A stretch of DNA of 34,937 bases. Source: a virus (lineage: Duplodnaviria; Caudoviricetes). A program made the translations under genes and the position numbers. Positions within the stretch are counted from its first letter, which is position 1, and every line of letters begins with the position of its first letter. The stretch spans positions 1 through 34,937 of the IMG/VR virus record IMGVR_UViG_3300020413_001600. One strand, 5' to 3'. The notes under the pieces are model-generated. The model made no database searches. It was not told where the DNA came from and saw only the letters and a list, made by a program, of their open reading frames with translations. This document shows, piece after piece, positions 34,671 to 34,937 of the stretch.

Positions 34671-34937
34671 TATAATACTTTTACTCCATATTTTTTTGTC
34701 CAGTCTTTACCATCTTTGGTATCATTTACCATAGGCATACCCTTAATGTTTAAACTCGTGTTTAGTAGTATGGGACAACCTGTCTCTTTCTTCCATGCTT
34801 TCAGCAATTCATAAAACCCTTCGTTGTCGCTTTTTGACACGGTTTGCACCCTAGATGTGCCATCATAGTGCAATATGGCAGGACAGTCTTTACCATGCGT
34901 GTACGCCGCTGTATATTGCATATAAGGTGTGTTTTTG
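34670..34937 (-). CDS. Carbamoyltransferase (NodU/CmcH family), C-terminal part; 5' end lies outside the window
   Basis: Frame open to the window edge: KNTPYMQY...PAILHYDGTSRVQTV...PILLNTSLNIKGMPMVN. Confidence 0.88.
   Translation of the reverse strand, partial: KNTPYMQYTAAYTHGKDCPAILHYDGTSRVQTVSKSDNEGFYELLKAWKKETGCPILLNTSLNIKGMPMVNDTKDGKDWTKKYGVKVL

Noticed and set aside
1-34937. CRISPR array, tRNA genes, transposase/integrase, stop-codon recoding
   Set aside because: No regularly spaced repeats or such genes were seen by eye; TAA, TAG and TGA all end genes, with tight tiling under the standard code.
1-34937. Bacterial chromosome origin of the window
   Set aside because: T4-like polB, RNase H, DsbA-like and many phage-type hypothetical genes interleaved with metabolic genes indicate a phage.

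Overview
Gene-dense, AT-rich segment of a large tailed dsDNA phage genome, probably T4-like/myovirus-type and marine; an alphaproteobacterial (SAR11-like) host is inferred, not shown. Positions 1-30524 read on the + strand. They carry a replication block (DsbA-like protein, family B DNA polymerase, SAM methyltransferase, probable sliding clamp, T4 RNase H-like 5' nuclease) and a dispersed 7-deazaguanine DNA-modification pathway: TGT/DpdA-like transglycosylase, a QueD-paralogue with LxxxHRHxF (DpdL-like), FolE and QueE, with no QueC, QueF or canonical QueD in the window. A GT-B glycosyltransferase and GalE appear co-transcribed with folE. The same arm holds a purine uptake/salvage module (GuaC, phosphoribosyltransferase, NCS2 permease), two peroxiredoxin paralogues (one lacking the catalytic Cys), a SET protein, an amidinotransferase, two radical SAM proteins and a MoxR/VWA pair. 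From 30501 to the end, a convergent - strand amino-sugar/carbamoyl glycosylation cluster begins. Many near-consensus sigma70 promoters and TAAATA late-type motifs sit 5-6 nt before start codons (leaderless mRNAs). The best candidate for a novel system is a possibly glycosylated 7-deazaguanine DNA hypermodification coupled to guanine recycling. All family calls come from motif recognition by eye, not database searches.
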